Assembly: GCA_016186915.1 (NCBI GenBank) | Contig: JACPKU010000006.1 | Span: 80,921-144,920, forward strand | Reading direction: 5' to 3' | DNA: 64,000 nucleotides | DNA from: Candidatus Doudnabacteria bacterium | GTDB taxonomy: Bacteria > Patescibacteriota > Doudnabacteria > UBA920 > O2-02-FULL-48-8 | In this document: positions 18,182 through 27,104 of the stretch, one piece after another | Numbering within the stretch: the first letter of the stretch is position 1 | Layout: each line of letters begins with the position of its first letter | Position numbers and translations under genes: made by a program | Notes under the pieces: model-generated | Seen by the model: only the letters and a program-made list of their open reading frames with translations | What the model was told of the DNA's origin: nothing | The model's database searches: none

Positions 18182-19665
18182 CAATTAACCCGCTTTCTGG
18201 AGGCGGTGGCACACCCACGGGTCCTACGATTACCAAAAGTGCCTCAAACACATCGGTAGTCGCAGGACAGGAGATTACGTATACCATTGAAGTTGAAAAT
18301 GATTCGTCCGACACTTTGGTGGATGCGGCGGTAAGGGACATCCTGGACCAGAATCTTGAATTTGTTTCTGCTAATCCACCTCCTACTACCAACACGACTG
18401 TTTTGGGTGTAACCACCTTAACTTGGGAAATAGGCGATCTTGGCGTAGGAGAGAAGTTTACGATTGAACTAAAGGTAGAGGTAAAAAGCGGAACTGTTTC
18501 CGGAACTATTATTGAAAATGACGCTGAATTGAGCGCTGATCAGTTCAACCCCATCACTGCAGGTGCCCCTGACGTAGAAGTAACCAGTCCGCCATCCGGC
18601 GGCGGCAGTGGCGGCGGCGGCAGTGGCGGCGGCGCAATTATGCCGCCCCCAAACTATGAGGCAAATATGGAGTTTGTGTTTGCTGACCCCAAGGTTAAAG
18701 GTGAAGATTACGGGGAATCGGTAACCATTACCAACACTGGCAGTATAGCTTTGAGCCCTGGGGATTTGACAGTGACTTTTCCGCTAAGCCTGAACGTGGT
18801 CACTCTCAGTCCGTCTGCCATATCATTTGCAGGCAATGTCGCGACTTGGTCTGTCCCGGTAATTCCAGTGGGCGGCTCCTATACCGTGTCCTTCACCGTT
18901 AAACCCAATGCAACGGGAACCAATATTATTACCGTGGCCAATTATTACATTGGCACGCAACAGATCGCAGTAGCGAGCGCTTCAGAGAACGTGGGAGATG
19001 TGGCGGGGGAAACTGCGCCTGAACTTCCCAGAACAGGCGCGGGTGCGGCTTATTTGCTGCTTGTGAACCTACCACTGTTATTTATGAGAAGGCTGAAGAA
19101 AGCTTTGGCTGCTTTGTTTTTGTTGGCGGCTGGCTTCTTGGCGCTTAATTTTAGTTATTTTAAGGAAGTGGTCAGCTTTTCGCTCAACAAACAACGTCAA
19201 GAGCAGGAACAGCTTTTGGTGGAGGAAGAACTGCCGCCCAATACTTTGACCGTGCCGAGTTTGGGAATTATGGTGCCGATCATCCTTGATTCAGGCAGCT
19301 CTGAATCGGAATTTCAGGAAGCCTTGCGAAACGGGGTGGTGCATTATCCCGGCACGGCGCAGGTCGGGCAGGCAGGCAACAGTTATATATTCGGGCATTC
19401 ATCTGATTATTTCTGGAGCAGAGGGAATTACAAGACCGTGTTTGCGGTTTTGCCCAAGATCAATATTGGTGATGAGGTTATGGCTACAGATGCCGAAGGA
19501 CAAGAGTACTTTTATCAGGTCAAAGAGACCAAAGTCGTCGGCCCTTCAGATCTGTCAGTGCTGGAACAGGATTACACCAAGAAACGATTAACTTTACAAA
19601 CTTCGTATCCCATAGGGACGGCCTTGAAGCGGTTTATAGTAATTGCTGAACTGAAAGAAGAGTAA
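18112..19665 (+). CDS. C-terminal part of the giant protein: DUF11-like domains, LPRTG sorting signal and fused sortase domain
   Basis: LPRTG (19024-19038), hydrophobic stretch, MRRLKK, second TM, then sortase motifs GVVHYPGT, N.YIFGHSS, LTLQTSYP.GT..KR. Confidence 0.85.
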   Translation: MVENKAVADGDNFGSEESNTVELTINPLSGGGGTPTGPTITKSASNTSVVAGQEITYTIEVENDSSDTLVDAAVRDILDQNLEFVSANPPPTTNTTVLGVTTLTWEIGDLGVGEKFTIELKVEVKSGTVSGTIIENDAELSADQFNPITAGAPDVEVTSPPSGGGSGGGGSGGGAIMPPPNYEANMEFVFADPKVKGEDYGESVTITNTGSIALSPGDLTVTFPLSLNVVTLSPSAISFAGNVATWSVPVIPVGGSYTVSFTVKPNATGTNIITVANYYIGTQQIAVASASENVGDVAGETAPELPRTGAGAAYLLLVNLPLLFMRRLKKALAALFLLAAGFLALNFSYFKEVVSFSLNKQRQEQEQLLVEEELPPNTLTVPSLGIMVPIILDSGSSESEFQEALRNGVVHYPGTAQVGQAGNSYIFGHSSDYFWSRGNYKTVFAVLPKINIGDEVMATDAEGQEYFYQVKETKVVGPSDLSVLEQDYTKKRLTLQTSYPIGTALKRFIVIAELKEE

Positions 19666-19668
19666 TTT

Positions 19669-19771
19669 ACCCCGTTAGAGGCCTTCGTGTTTATTAGTTT
19701 AAACGGCGATCGTCTCTGACAAGAAGCAGATTATAACGCTAAAAATTTTGGCGATCTGCCTCTAACGGGGT
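19669..19771. mobile_element. MITE-like element with CCCGTTAGA ends
   Basis: 14-bp inverted repeats ACCCCGTTAGAGGC / GCCTCTAACGGGGT; same ends at 30229-30349. Confidence 0.7.
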
Positions 19772-19833
19772 TAACTTTTGTTCACAGGAGCGGCCTTGTT
19801 AAATAGGACCAGCAAGGCCGTTTTTGTGTAATT

Positions 19834-19863
19834 AAAAAAACCACCAATCCTGGTGGTTTTTTT
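19834..19863. terminator. Bidirectional terminator between the sortase gene and rnpB
   Basis: A7-CCACCA-atcc-TGGTGG-T7. Confidence 0.85.
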
Positions 19864-19866
19864 AAT

Positions 19867-20318
19867 GCTCTTCAAGCAATCGATAAGCCGAATTCTGTCT
19901 GACCTCGTCCCTTGCGGTACGGGGGAGATAATCATCTATCTAGCTCCGACGTTGCCATCGGAGTCAAGCTGCCAACCCGGTCCTTTAACGGACCCTATTT
20001 GGCATTGCACTGACAAGTAAGTATTTAGCCGTTTCATTTCAGCCTTAGGCTGAAACCCGACGAAGCTTTACGCGAAGTCGGGCTCGCTTATAACTGAAGT
20101 CGTCCGCCTACGCCAAAGGCTTCGGCGGACGCTTTCGGCTTTTCGGCCTCAAGCGTCACTGTTCGCAACTCTACCCCGACATGACGTCGGGGCGACGGGA
20201 ATTACCCGCTACCTGCAACTCGATAGACTCATGAGACTCCATCGAATTCACGTGTTCGGACTTTCCTCCCGCGTCAGCTTTGGGCTGACGGGGCGATTAT
20301 CTTGATTACTTAAAGAGC
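19867..20318 (-). ncRNA. rnpB: RNase P RNA
   Basis: Minus strand has GAGGAAAGTCCGAAC near the 5' end and ACAGAATTCGGCTTA near the 3' end; complementary termini GCTCTTTAAGTAATC/GATTGCTTGAAGAGC (P1). Confidence 0.95.
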
Positions 20319-20324
20319 TAATAA

Positions 20325-20389
20325 AGTATACTCTTTTGCTTGAAAGTGTCAAGGGGGCGGTTGACCCGGATTGTAGATTAGTGTATAAT
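20325..20389. promoter_or_regulatory. Divergent sigma70 promoters for rnpB and the RRM gene
   Basis: Minus: TTGACA-16-TATACT; plus: TTGACC-17-TATAAT. Confidence 0.8.
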
Positions 20390-20496
20390 GTATTCGTTCC
20401 TTTAGTCGAAGGAAAGTTCATTAATAAGACAAGGGTACCTAGTTAGAAATTAGTAATTTACTAATAATGTGTTTTCCTTTGTTTGAAGGTACGTAA

Positions 20497-20769
20497 ATGG
20501 CAAAGAAGCTATTTGTCGGCGGGATTCCTTATTCCACCACCGACGACCAGTTGAAAGAGATGTTCTCTCAAGCTGGTACCGTAGTATCTGCTCAGATCAT
20601 CAGCGATAAGTTCTCTGGACGCTCCAAGGGTTTCGCGTTCGTCGAGATGTCATCGGATGAAGAGGCCAACAAGGCCATCGAGATGCTCAACGGCACGGAA
20701 GTTGGCGGCAGAAGTATTGCTGTCAACGAAGCTCGACCAAAAACCGAGCGACCAGACCGGGGCAGATAA
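20497..20769 (+). CDS. RNA-binding protein (RRM domain)
   Basis: RNP2 LFVGGI and RNP1 KGFAFVEM; GR.I.VNEARP. Confidence 0.95.
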   Translation: MAKKLFVGGIPYSTTDDQLKEMFSQAGTVVSAQIISDKFSGRSKGFAFVEMSSDEEANKAIEMLNGTEVGGRSIAVNEARPKTERPDRGR

Positions 20770-20778
20770 TATCTGGCC

Positions 20779-20810
20779 AAAAAACCTCCGCTTAAAGCGG
20801 AGGTTTTTTT
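20779..20810. terminator. Intrinsic terminator
   Basis: A6-CCTCCGCT-taa-AGCGGAGG-T7. Confidence 0.85.
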
Positions 20811-20853
20811 GGTGGAAAAAAAAAGCATAAAATGGTATAATCAATCTTATAGA

Positions 20854-22272
20854 ATGAAACAATCAGAGCTAGTGTTTAATTTAATTTCTATCCCGGTTGA
20901 TTTCGTCATGGTTATCATTGCTGGAATCACGGCTTTTTATTTGCGTTTTGAACTAGTCGGGCTCCGTCCTATTATTTACGATCTGCCGGTTTTGGATTTC
21001 GTTCAAATTTTACTGTTAATTGCCCCGATTGCTATTTTGCTACTAGCGCTTGCCGGGCTTTATAACCTCAAGGGCACGAGACGCTTTTCTGCCGAGTTAA
21101 CCAGGATTGTCCTGGCCATTTCTTCGGGGCTTTTGGTGGTCGTGGTATTGTTTTTTTTCAACCAAACCGTTTTTCCTTCCCGATTGATTATCTTAATTGC
21201 CTGGGGCTTGGCAATAATGCTGGTCAGTTTGGGGAGAGTGATTCTGCGTCTAGTCCAGATTCAAATGCTTAAAAAAGGGGTGGGCCTGCACAGACTGGTG
21301 GTGATTGATGGAGGAGCGCGTTCTGGCGAGAGCATCATAGATGAGATTAAGAGACGACCGGAGTTAGGATACAATATTGTCGCCACAATAAATTTTTCAA
21401 ATGCGGAAGATCTGTTTCCACGTTTGGAACAGATTAGGAAAGAAAGCGGCATTGATGAGATTTTGCAGTCGAACTCTGAACTGTCCGCGAAAGTTAACAA
21501 TCAACTGCTGATTTTTTCCCGCGACTATGGGATTTTGTTTAATTTTGTCCCGGATATTTTTGAAACTTCAAGAACCAATGTGGCGGTGGAGACGATTTCA
21601 GGTATCCCAGTAATTGTCCTGAAGGGAACGCCGTTGGAAGGTTGGGGAAGGGTGCTGAAGCGGTCGGTAGATATCGCGGTTTCTTTTTTTAGCTTGATTA
21701 TTCTCAGTCCAATAATGATCGTGGCCGCTCTGGCCATTAAGCTGAGTTCCAAGGGTCCGGTGTTCTTTCACCAGGCGCGGGCAGCGGGGCTGGGTTCGTT
21801 CGAATGTTATAAATTCCGTTCCATGTATTATGAGATGAGCGAGGGCACAGTGGAAGGCGACAAGCTTCGGGCAGAAATAGAGAAGCAAAACGCCCGGTTA
21901 GGGCCGTTTGTCAAAATAAAAAATGATCCAAGGGTGACTCGGGTAGGGAAAATACTCCGCCGCACCAAGATCGATGAACTGCCCCAGCTTTGGCACATTC
22001 TGCGGGGACAAATGAGTTTGGTGGGCCCTAGGGTGCATATGGTAAAAGAAGTGGAAAAGTTTCAGAATGAATATAAAAAAATTTTCACCATCAAACCGGG
22101 TGCCACGGGTATTACTCAAATTACGCAGGCTGGGAATCCAGAGTTGTCGTTTGAAGAAGAGATTAGATTGGACACGTTCTACATCGAGAACTGGTCCCTC
22201 TGGTTGGATATTTATATCATATTTAAAACAGTCCTGATTCTATTCGGCAAGCGCCAGAAAGTGGATTACTAA
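20854..22272 (+). CDS. Polyprenyl glycosylphosphotransferase (WcaJ/WbaP-type priming sugar transferase)
   Basis: KR..DI, YKFRSM, DPRVT.VGK.LR.TKIDELPQL, MSLVGPR, KPG.TG, YIENWSLWLD. Confidence 0.93.
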   Translation: MKQSELVFNLISIPVDFVMVIIAGITAFYLRFELVGLRPIIYDLPVLDFVQILLLIAPIAILLLALAGLYNLKGTRRFSAELTRIVLAISSGLLVVVVLFFFNQTVFPSRLIILIAWGLAIMLVSLGRVILRLVQIQMLKKGVGLHRLVVIDGGARSGESIIDEIKRRPELGYNIVATINFSNAEDLFPRLEQIRKESGIDEILQSNSELSAKVNNQLLIFSRDYGILFNFVPDIFETSRTNVAVETISGIPVIVLKGTPLEGWGRVLKRSVDIAVSFFSLIILSPIMIVAALAIKLSSKGPVFFHQARAAGLGSFECYKFRSMYYEMSEGTVEGDKLRAEIEKQNARLGPFVKIKNDPRVTRVGKILRRTKIDELPQLWHILRGQMSLVGPRVHMVKEVEKFQNEYKKIFTIKPGATGITQITQAGNPELSFEEEIRLDTFYIENWSLWLDIYIIFKTVLILFGKRQKVDY

Positions 22273-22274
22273 AC

Positions 22275-23378
22275 ATGAAAATCGCCTTGGTGCACGAATT
22301 TTTGAATCAGTTGGGTGGGGCGGAGCGGGTTTTGCAGAATTTTTTGGCAATCTGGCCAGAGGCCACTGTCCACTGTTTGATTTATGACCAGCACAAAACT
22401 GGGGGAATTTTTGAAGCATATAAAAAAAGGTTGAGTTTCGTAAACACTTTGCCGCTGGCCCACAGTCATCACCGTTGGCTTTTGCCCTTCATGCCGCTGG
22501 GGATTGAAGCATTCAACCTTGAAGAGTTTGATCTAATAATTTCCGATTCGTCCTCGTTTGCCAAGGGGGTGAGAACAAAAAACCAATTGCATATTTGTTA
22601 TTGTCACACGCCCACCAGGTTTTTGTGGACTGATTTCGACTCTTATCTTAAAGCCCAAAATATTCCCTTGGTGGTCAAACTTTTTGCGCGTCCTGTGTTA
22701 AATCTGATCAAAAAGTGGGATTACCAGGCAGGCCAGCGGCCGCACTATTTTATCGCCAACTCGGTTAATGTCCAGCAAAGGATAAAGAAATTTTATAACC
22801 GAGACTCGGTGGTGATTCCGCCGCCCGTGGATACGGAAGTGTTCCATCCGGAAGGCAAAAAAGAGAATTATTTTTTCGTGGCTTCGAGGCTGGAGCCTTA
22901 TAAGAAGATTGAATTGGTCGTTCAGGCATTCAACGAACTCGGCCTGCCTTTGAAGGTGGCGGGCGGGGGGACAACTTCTGAAAAACTGCGGGCGATGGCC
23001 CGATCCAACATTGAATTTTTGGGGCGGGTATCCGACGAGGAACTGCGGCGCAGATATTCGGAAGCCCAGGCGTTTATTTTTCCCGCGGAAGAAGACGCGG
23101 GAATTATGGTTTTGGAAGCGCAGGCCTGCGGCACCCCGGTGATTGCGTATAAGGCGGGTGGCGCTTTGGAAACGGTCGTGGAGGGAGAAACAGGAGAATT
23201 TTTTGAACATCAAACCGCAGAATCTCTCAAGGCCATAGTTAAAAAGTTTGATGCGAAGAAGTATAACTCAGTTAGCGTGAGAGATAACGCTTTGCGGTTT
23301 GACAAAAAAATTTTTCAGCAACGCATTATAAATTTTGTAGAACAGAAATATAGCGACTTTTTAACCAACTGGCGTTAA
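22275..23378 (+). CDS. Glycosyltransferase family 4
   Basis: GGAERVL, YCHTP.RF.W, EEDAGIM.LEAQACG.PVIAY. Confidence 0.92.
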   Translation: MKIALVHEFLNQLGGAERVLQNFLAIWPEATVHCLIYDQHKTGGIFEAYKKRLSFVNTLPLAHSHHRWLLPFMPLGIEAFNLEEFDLIISDSSSFAKGVRTKNQLHICYCHTPTRFLWTDFDSYLKAQNIPLVVKLFARPVLNLIKKWDYQAGQRPHYFIANSVNVQQRIKKFYNRDSVVIPPPVDTEVFHPEGKKENYFFVASRLEPYKKIELVVQAFNELGLPLKVAGGGTTSEKLRAMARSNIEFLGRVSDEELRRRYSEAQAFIFPAEEDAGIMVLEAQACGTPVIAYKAGGALETVVEGETGEFFEHQTAESLKAIVKKFDAKKYNSVSVRDNALRFDKKIFQQRIINFVEQKYSDFLTNWR

Positions 23379-23408
23379 TAGTGCATTAGTTTCTCCTATT
23401 GCACTATT
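23379..23408. repeat. 30-bp direct repeat copy 1 (11-6-11 imperfect palindrome)
   Basis: TAGTGCATTAG-TTTCTC-CTATTGCACTA-TT, identical to 23938-23967. Confidence 0.95.
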
Positions 23409-23444
23409 TAATTGATACGAGTAATATGATTTTATGATGATTTT

Positions 23445-23948
23445 ATGACCAAGCTTTCGAAAATTCCTCTTGATCCTAAAGATTTTGGGTTGTATGTAAA
23501 CAATCTCTGGTCTGTTTTTACACTTCTTGATTCTAAAGAGGATATTCGTTTTCTTTTTAAGGATTTATTTACCCATACGGAAAACAAAATGTTTACCAAG
23601 CGATTGGAGATCGCCCGTGCGCTATTGGAAGGGGAGACTTACGACCAAATTTCGGAGCGTTTGAAGGTCACTAAGCATACGATTGCCAGTGTAAGCAACA
23701 CACTGGCTCGTGATGGTAATGGTTTCAGGGTTGCTCATGCTAAGTTGTTGGATTTGGAAAAACAGCATCAGCGAAGGAGAGAAAAGAGACAGGATTATCT
23801 TGAAGGGAAAAAAAGATGGCCAAAGTTCCGAGAACAGGTTTTGGTCGAGGAATTAGCTAAGGCGGGAGCGAGACACGTGAGTAAATATATTAGACGAAAA
23901 AAAAAGAGAGTCAACCGCAAAAAAGAGATTGTCAATCTAGTGCATTAG
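23445..23948 (+). CDS. TrpR-like (YerC/YecD) HTH protein
   Basis: F..DLFT.TE..M..KRLEIA..L..G.TY..I...L.V...TIA.VS..L....GF. Confidence 0.85.
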   Translation: MTKLSKIPLDPKDFGLYVNNLWSVFTLLDSKEDIRFLFKDLFTHTENKMFTKRLEIARALLEGETYDQISERLKVTKHTIASVSNTLARDGNGFRVAHAKLLDLEKQHQRRREKRQDYLEGKKRWPKFREQVLVEELAKAGARHVSKYIRRKKKRVNRKKEIVNLVH

Positions 23949-23967
23949 TTTCTCCTATTGCACTATT
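23938..23967. repeat. 30-bp direct repeat copy 2, overlapping the stop codon of the TrpR-like gene
   Basis: Identical to 23379-23408. Confidence 0.95.
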
Positions 23968-24016
23968 AGAATGTTGTAATATTGTTTGAATGTAATAATA
24001 TTGTACCCACAATAAT

Positions 24017-25120
24017 ATGAGAATTGGCTTGGATTTGAGAATGCTGGGCGGGGGATCAGGGATTAGCAGATATGTCTCTGAGCTTTCGCATGAAATTTTG
24101 CGTCAGGACAAGGTAAACATATACGTGTTGTTTTTTGAGAGCGGTGATCAAGCAGCCGCCTACAAAGATTACGGCCACAAAATTGTCCTGACTGGAGTAA
24201 AACATTATTCGCTTGCCGAACAGCTAAAGTTGCCTCGAATTTTATATCGTGAAGAACTGGACCTAGTACACTTCCCGCACTTTAATGTCCCTGTTTTTTA
24301 TCGCCGGCCGTTTATAGTCACGATTCATGATTTGATTCACACCAAGTTTCCGGGGCGGAAGAAATCGCATATTTTTCACCGCCTGGCGTATAATTTAGTT
24401 GTGCGAAACGCTATAATGAGCGCCAGAAAAATTATCGCGGTTTCCGAATCGACCAAAAAAGAAATCAGAGAATATTTCAGCATCAGCGAGGCGAAAATTA
24501 TTGTGGTCTATGAAGGTGCGAACGAGATTTATAGAATGATTGATAAGGACGCGGCAGCGGCGTTAGTGAGAAAAAAATTCGAAGTAAAGAAGCCGTACAT
24601 TTTATACGTTGGCGTCTGGCGCCGGTATAAAAATTTGCCGAGATTAGCTTGGGCCTTCGACAAGCTCAGGCAACAGGGTGTTGAAGTCGAGCTGGTATTG
24701 GCCGGCGAGGAGGATCCTTTTTATCCAGAAATCAGAAAACAGATATCAGATATCAGGAATCAGGAATCAGTCAAGGTTTTGGGGCGAGTATCTGACGAAG
24801 ATTTGAAAAATCTCTATAATGGAGCCAGCTTGTTTGTTCTGCCTTCACTGTCAGAAGGATTTGGCCTGACCGCCTTGGAAGCGGCTGCTTGCGGCGTGCC
24901 TGTGGCCTGCAGCGACATTCCAACCCTGCGGGAAGTGATGGGACAGGGAGCAGAGTATTTTGATCCCGTGAATTTAACCAATATGGCGGAGGTGATAAAA
25001 AATATTTTAGAAAATCCGAAACGGCAGGAAGAATTAGCTAATCTGGCACTGGCCAGAACCAAACATTTTAGCTGGACAAACGCAGCGAAAGAAACGATTG
25101 TCGTCTATCAAATGATATGA
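24017..25120 (+). CDS. Glycosyltransferase family 4
   Basis: GISRY, VTIHDLI, KNL.RL, PSLSEGFGL..LEAAACG.PV..SD. Confidence 0.92.
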   Translation: MRIGLDLRMLGGGSGISRYVSELSHEILRQDKVNIYVLFFESGDQAAAYKDYGHKIVLTGVKHYSLAEQLKLPRILYREELDLVHFPHFNVPVFYRRPFIVTIHDLIHTKFPGRKKSHIFHRLAYNLVVRNAIMSARKIIAVSESTKKEIREYFSISEAKIIVVYEGANEIYRMIDKDAAAALVRKKFEVKKPYILYVGVWRRYKNLPRLAWAFDKLRQQGVEVELVLAGEEDPFYPEIRKQISDIRNQESVKVLGRVSDEDLKNLYNGASLFVLPSLSEGFGLTALEAAACGVPVACSDIPTLREVMGQGAEYFDPVNLTNMAEVIKNILENPKRQEELANLALARTKHFSWTNAAKETIVVYQMI

Positions 25121-26217
25121 GTTTAAAAATACTAGTCAGCGGCGGAGGGACCGGCGGCTCAGTGAGCCCGATTTTGGCTGTGGTGGAAGAATTGTATAGA
25201 CTCAAGCCTAAGGCGGAAATTCTATTTGTGGGAACGAGCAGGGGGCCGGAAAGGCAAATGGTCGAGCAGTTGAGTTTGCCATTCATCGGTATTCCCCCGG
25301 CGAAGCTACGGCGGTATTTTTCGCTCCGGAATTTTTTGGATATTTTCGTATTTGTTTATAGTTTGGTCCGAGCCTGGTTTGTCGTGAGGAGTTTCCGGCC
25401 GGACGTGATTTTTTCGGTGGGAAGTTTTGTGTCCGTGCCGGTATGCTGGGCTGGGAAACTGCTGGGTGTAAGAATCGTCATTCACCAGCAGGACGTGCGG
25501 ATCGGCTTGGCCAATAAACTTATTGCCCCGTTTGCTGATAAAATAACCACGGCGTTTGCATTTACCGCCAAGAGTTTTTATTCGGGATCAGGGTTGTTTA
25601 CCAGAAAATGGAGGTCGCCGGCAGAATGGGTGGGCAACCCGGTTCGCAGTGAGATTTTTGAAAAGAATATACCGGTCCCGGATTATATTAAACTAACAAA
25701 AGATTTGCCGATCTTGTTGATATTGGGGGGAGCCACCGGATCAGATCAGATAAATCGAGTAATCATCGAGGCCGCATCTAAATTGGTCAGATCGTTTCAA
25801 ATAATTCATCAAACAGGCAAGCTGAAGAAAGCGGCTAAATTTAGCGATCCAAATTATCATGTATTTGAACTGCTGCCATTTGATGCGTATGCCTATCTGT
25901 TGCAGAAAGCACATCTGGTGGTTGCCCGCGCCGGGCTTTCCACCATTACCGAGCTGTCCGCTCTCGGCAAGGCGGCTGTGATTGTTCCGATGCCGGAGAG
26001 CCATCAGGAGGACAATGCCGTGATTTTGAACTTTACCTCGTCAGCGGTGGTGTTGAACAAACAGCAGTTTACCCCGGACAATTTGGTTAAAACTTTGACA
26101 GATTTAAATTTTGATCCCGAAAAGCAAAAAATAATGGCGCAGAATATATCCAGATTAATTCCAACTTTACAAGTGGCCGAGAAGCTGGCAAAAATAGTCA
26201 TTAAAACAGGCGAATAA
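25117..26217 (+). CDS. murG: Undecaprenyldiphospho-muramoylpentapeptide GlcNAc transferase
   Basis: GGGTGGS, HQQD...GLAN, GNPVR, GGATGS, RAG.STI.EL, HQE.NA. Confidence 0.88.
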   Translation: MSLKILVSGGGTGGSVSPILAVVEELYRLKPKAEILFVGTSRGPERQMVEQLSLPFIGIPPAKLRRYFSLRNFLDIFVFVYSLVRAWFVVRSFRPDVIFSVGSFVSVPVCWAGKLLGVRIVIHQQDVRIGLANKLIAPFADKITTAFAFTAKSFYSGSGLFTRKWRSPAEWVGNPVRSEIFEKNIPVPDYIKLTKDLPILLILGGATGSDQINRVIIEAASKLVRSFQIIHQTGKLKKAAKFSDPNYHVFELLPFDAYAYLLQKAHLVVARAGLSTITELSALGKAAVIVPMPESHQEDNAVILNFTSSAVVLNKQQFTPDNLVKTLTDLNFDPEKQKIMAQNISRLIPTLQVAEKLAKIVIKTGE

Positions 26218-26222
26218 AAATC

Positions 26223-27104
26223 ATGGAAAAAACCAGACCGACAATCGGAGTTGCTTTGTCCGGAGCCGCAATAAGAGCCGTTGCGCAAATCGGAGTCTTG
26301 GAGGTTTTTCGCGAGAATGGCATCCCCGTCGACTATATTGTTGGATGTTCTTCCGGGGCGTTGGTGGCCGCGAGTTTCTGCGCCGGATCGATGGAGCAGT
26401 TAAAGCAAGACGTTTTTCGCCACGATTTAAAAACATGGTGGAGTTTTTTCTCCCTGCGGGATGCAAATGGAGGATGGTTTCATTTAGATAGCGCTGCAAG
26501 GGAATTTGGAAAATATATCAGAGGGTTGAGGTTTGAAGATTCGAATCCAAAATTAGGATTGACTGTCACTGATATAAATACTGGGGAATTAATTACTTTA
26601 AGATCAGGGGATGTGCTCGAGGGACTTAAGGCCACAGTAGCCTTGCCTGGCTGGTTCGAGCCAGTAGTTAAAGAAAACAAAATTTTAGTAGACGGGGGGT
26701 TGGCGGATATTATTCCTGTGTCATCCGTAAAACAGATGGGCGCGGATATCGTAATCGGAGTGGATGGTGCGTCATCGCGTTATTTGTACCGTAACCGAGT
26801 TTCTTTTGCGATCTGGCGGAAATTTAGAGAGTTGTTCGGGTTTCCTAAAAATCTGGAACCCCTTGATCCTAACAAACTAAATTCTTTTAAAGTTTTAACC
26901 CGGGCATGGGATTTGTCCCTGCAGATGCAAAACAAGACGGACTCTGAAAAATACGATTGTGATTTTATGCTTGACCTGCCAACCAAGCATTACAGGAGGA
27001 TGGATTTTAAAAATTTGCGAGATATTTACAAGGAAGGGCGCAAAGCGGCCGAGAAAAATTTACCAGCATTAAAGGAACTTATTCATGAATTTGCCAAACA
27101 TTAA
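26223..27104 (+). CDS. Patatin-like phospholipase
   Basis: ALSGAA.R oxyanion loop, GCSSG nucleophile, LVDGG. Confidence 0.88.
   Translation: MEKTRPTIGVALSGAAIRAVAQIGVLEVFRENGIPVDYIVGCSSGALVAASFCAGSMEQLKQDVFRHDLKTWWSFFSLRDANGGWFHLDSAAREFGKYIRGLRFEDSNPKLGLTVTDINTGELITLRSGDVLEGLKATVALPGWFEPVVKENKILVDGGLADIIPVSSVKQMGADIVIGVDGASSRYLYRNRVSFAIWRKFRELFGFPKNLEPLDPNKLNSFKVLTRAWDLSLQMQNKTDSEKYDCDFMLDLPTKHYRRMDFKNLRDIYKEGRKAAEKNLPALKELIHEFAKH

Noticed and set aside
17049-18416. Long minus-strand ORFs (17049-17741, 17626-18072, 18072-18416)
   Set aside because: Antisense shadows of the Thr/Val-rich repeat domains on the plus strand
26223-27104. Patatin between murG and murC as a defence effector
   Set aside because: No cyclase or other defence gene adjacent; looks like an ordinary operonic patatin
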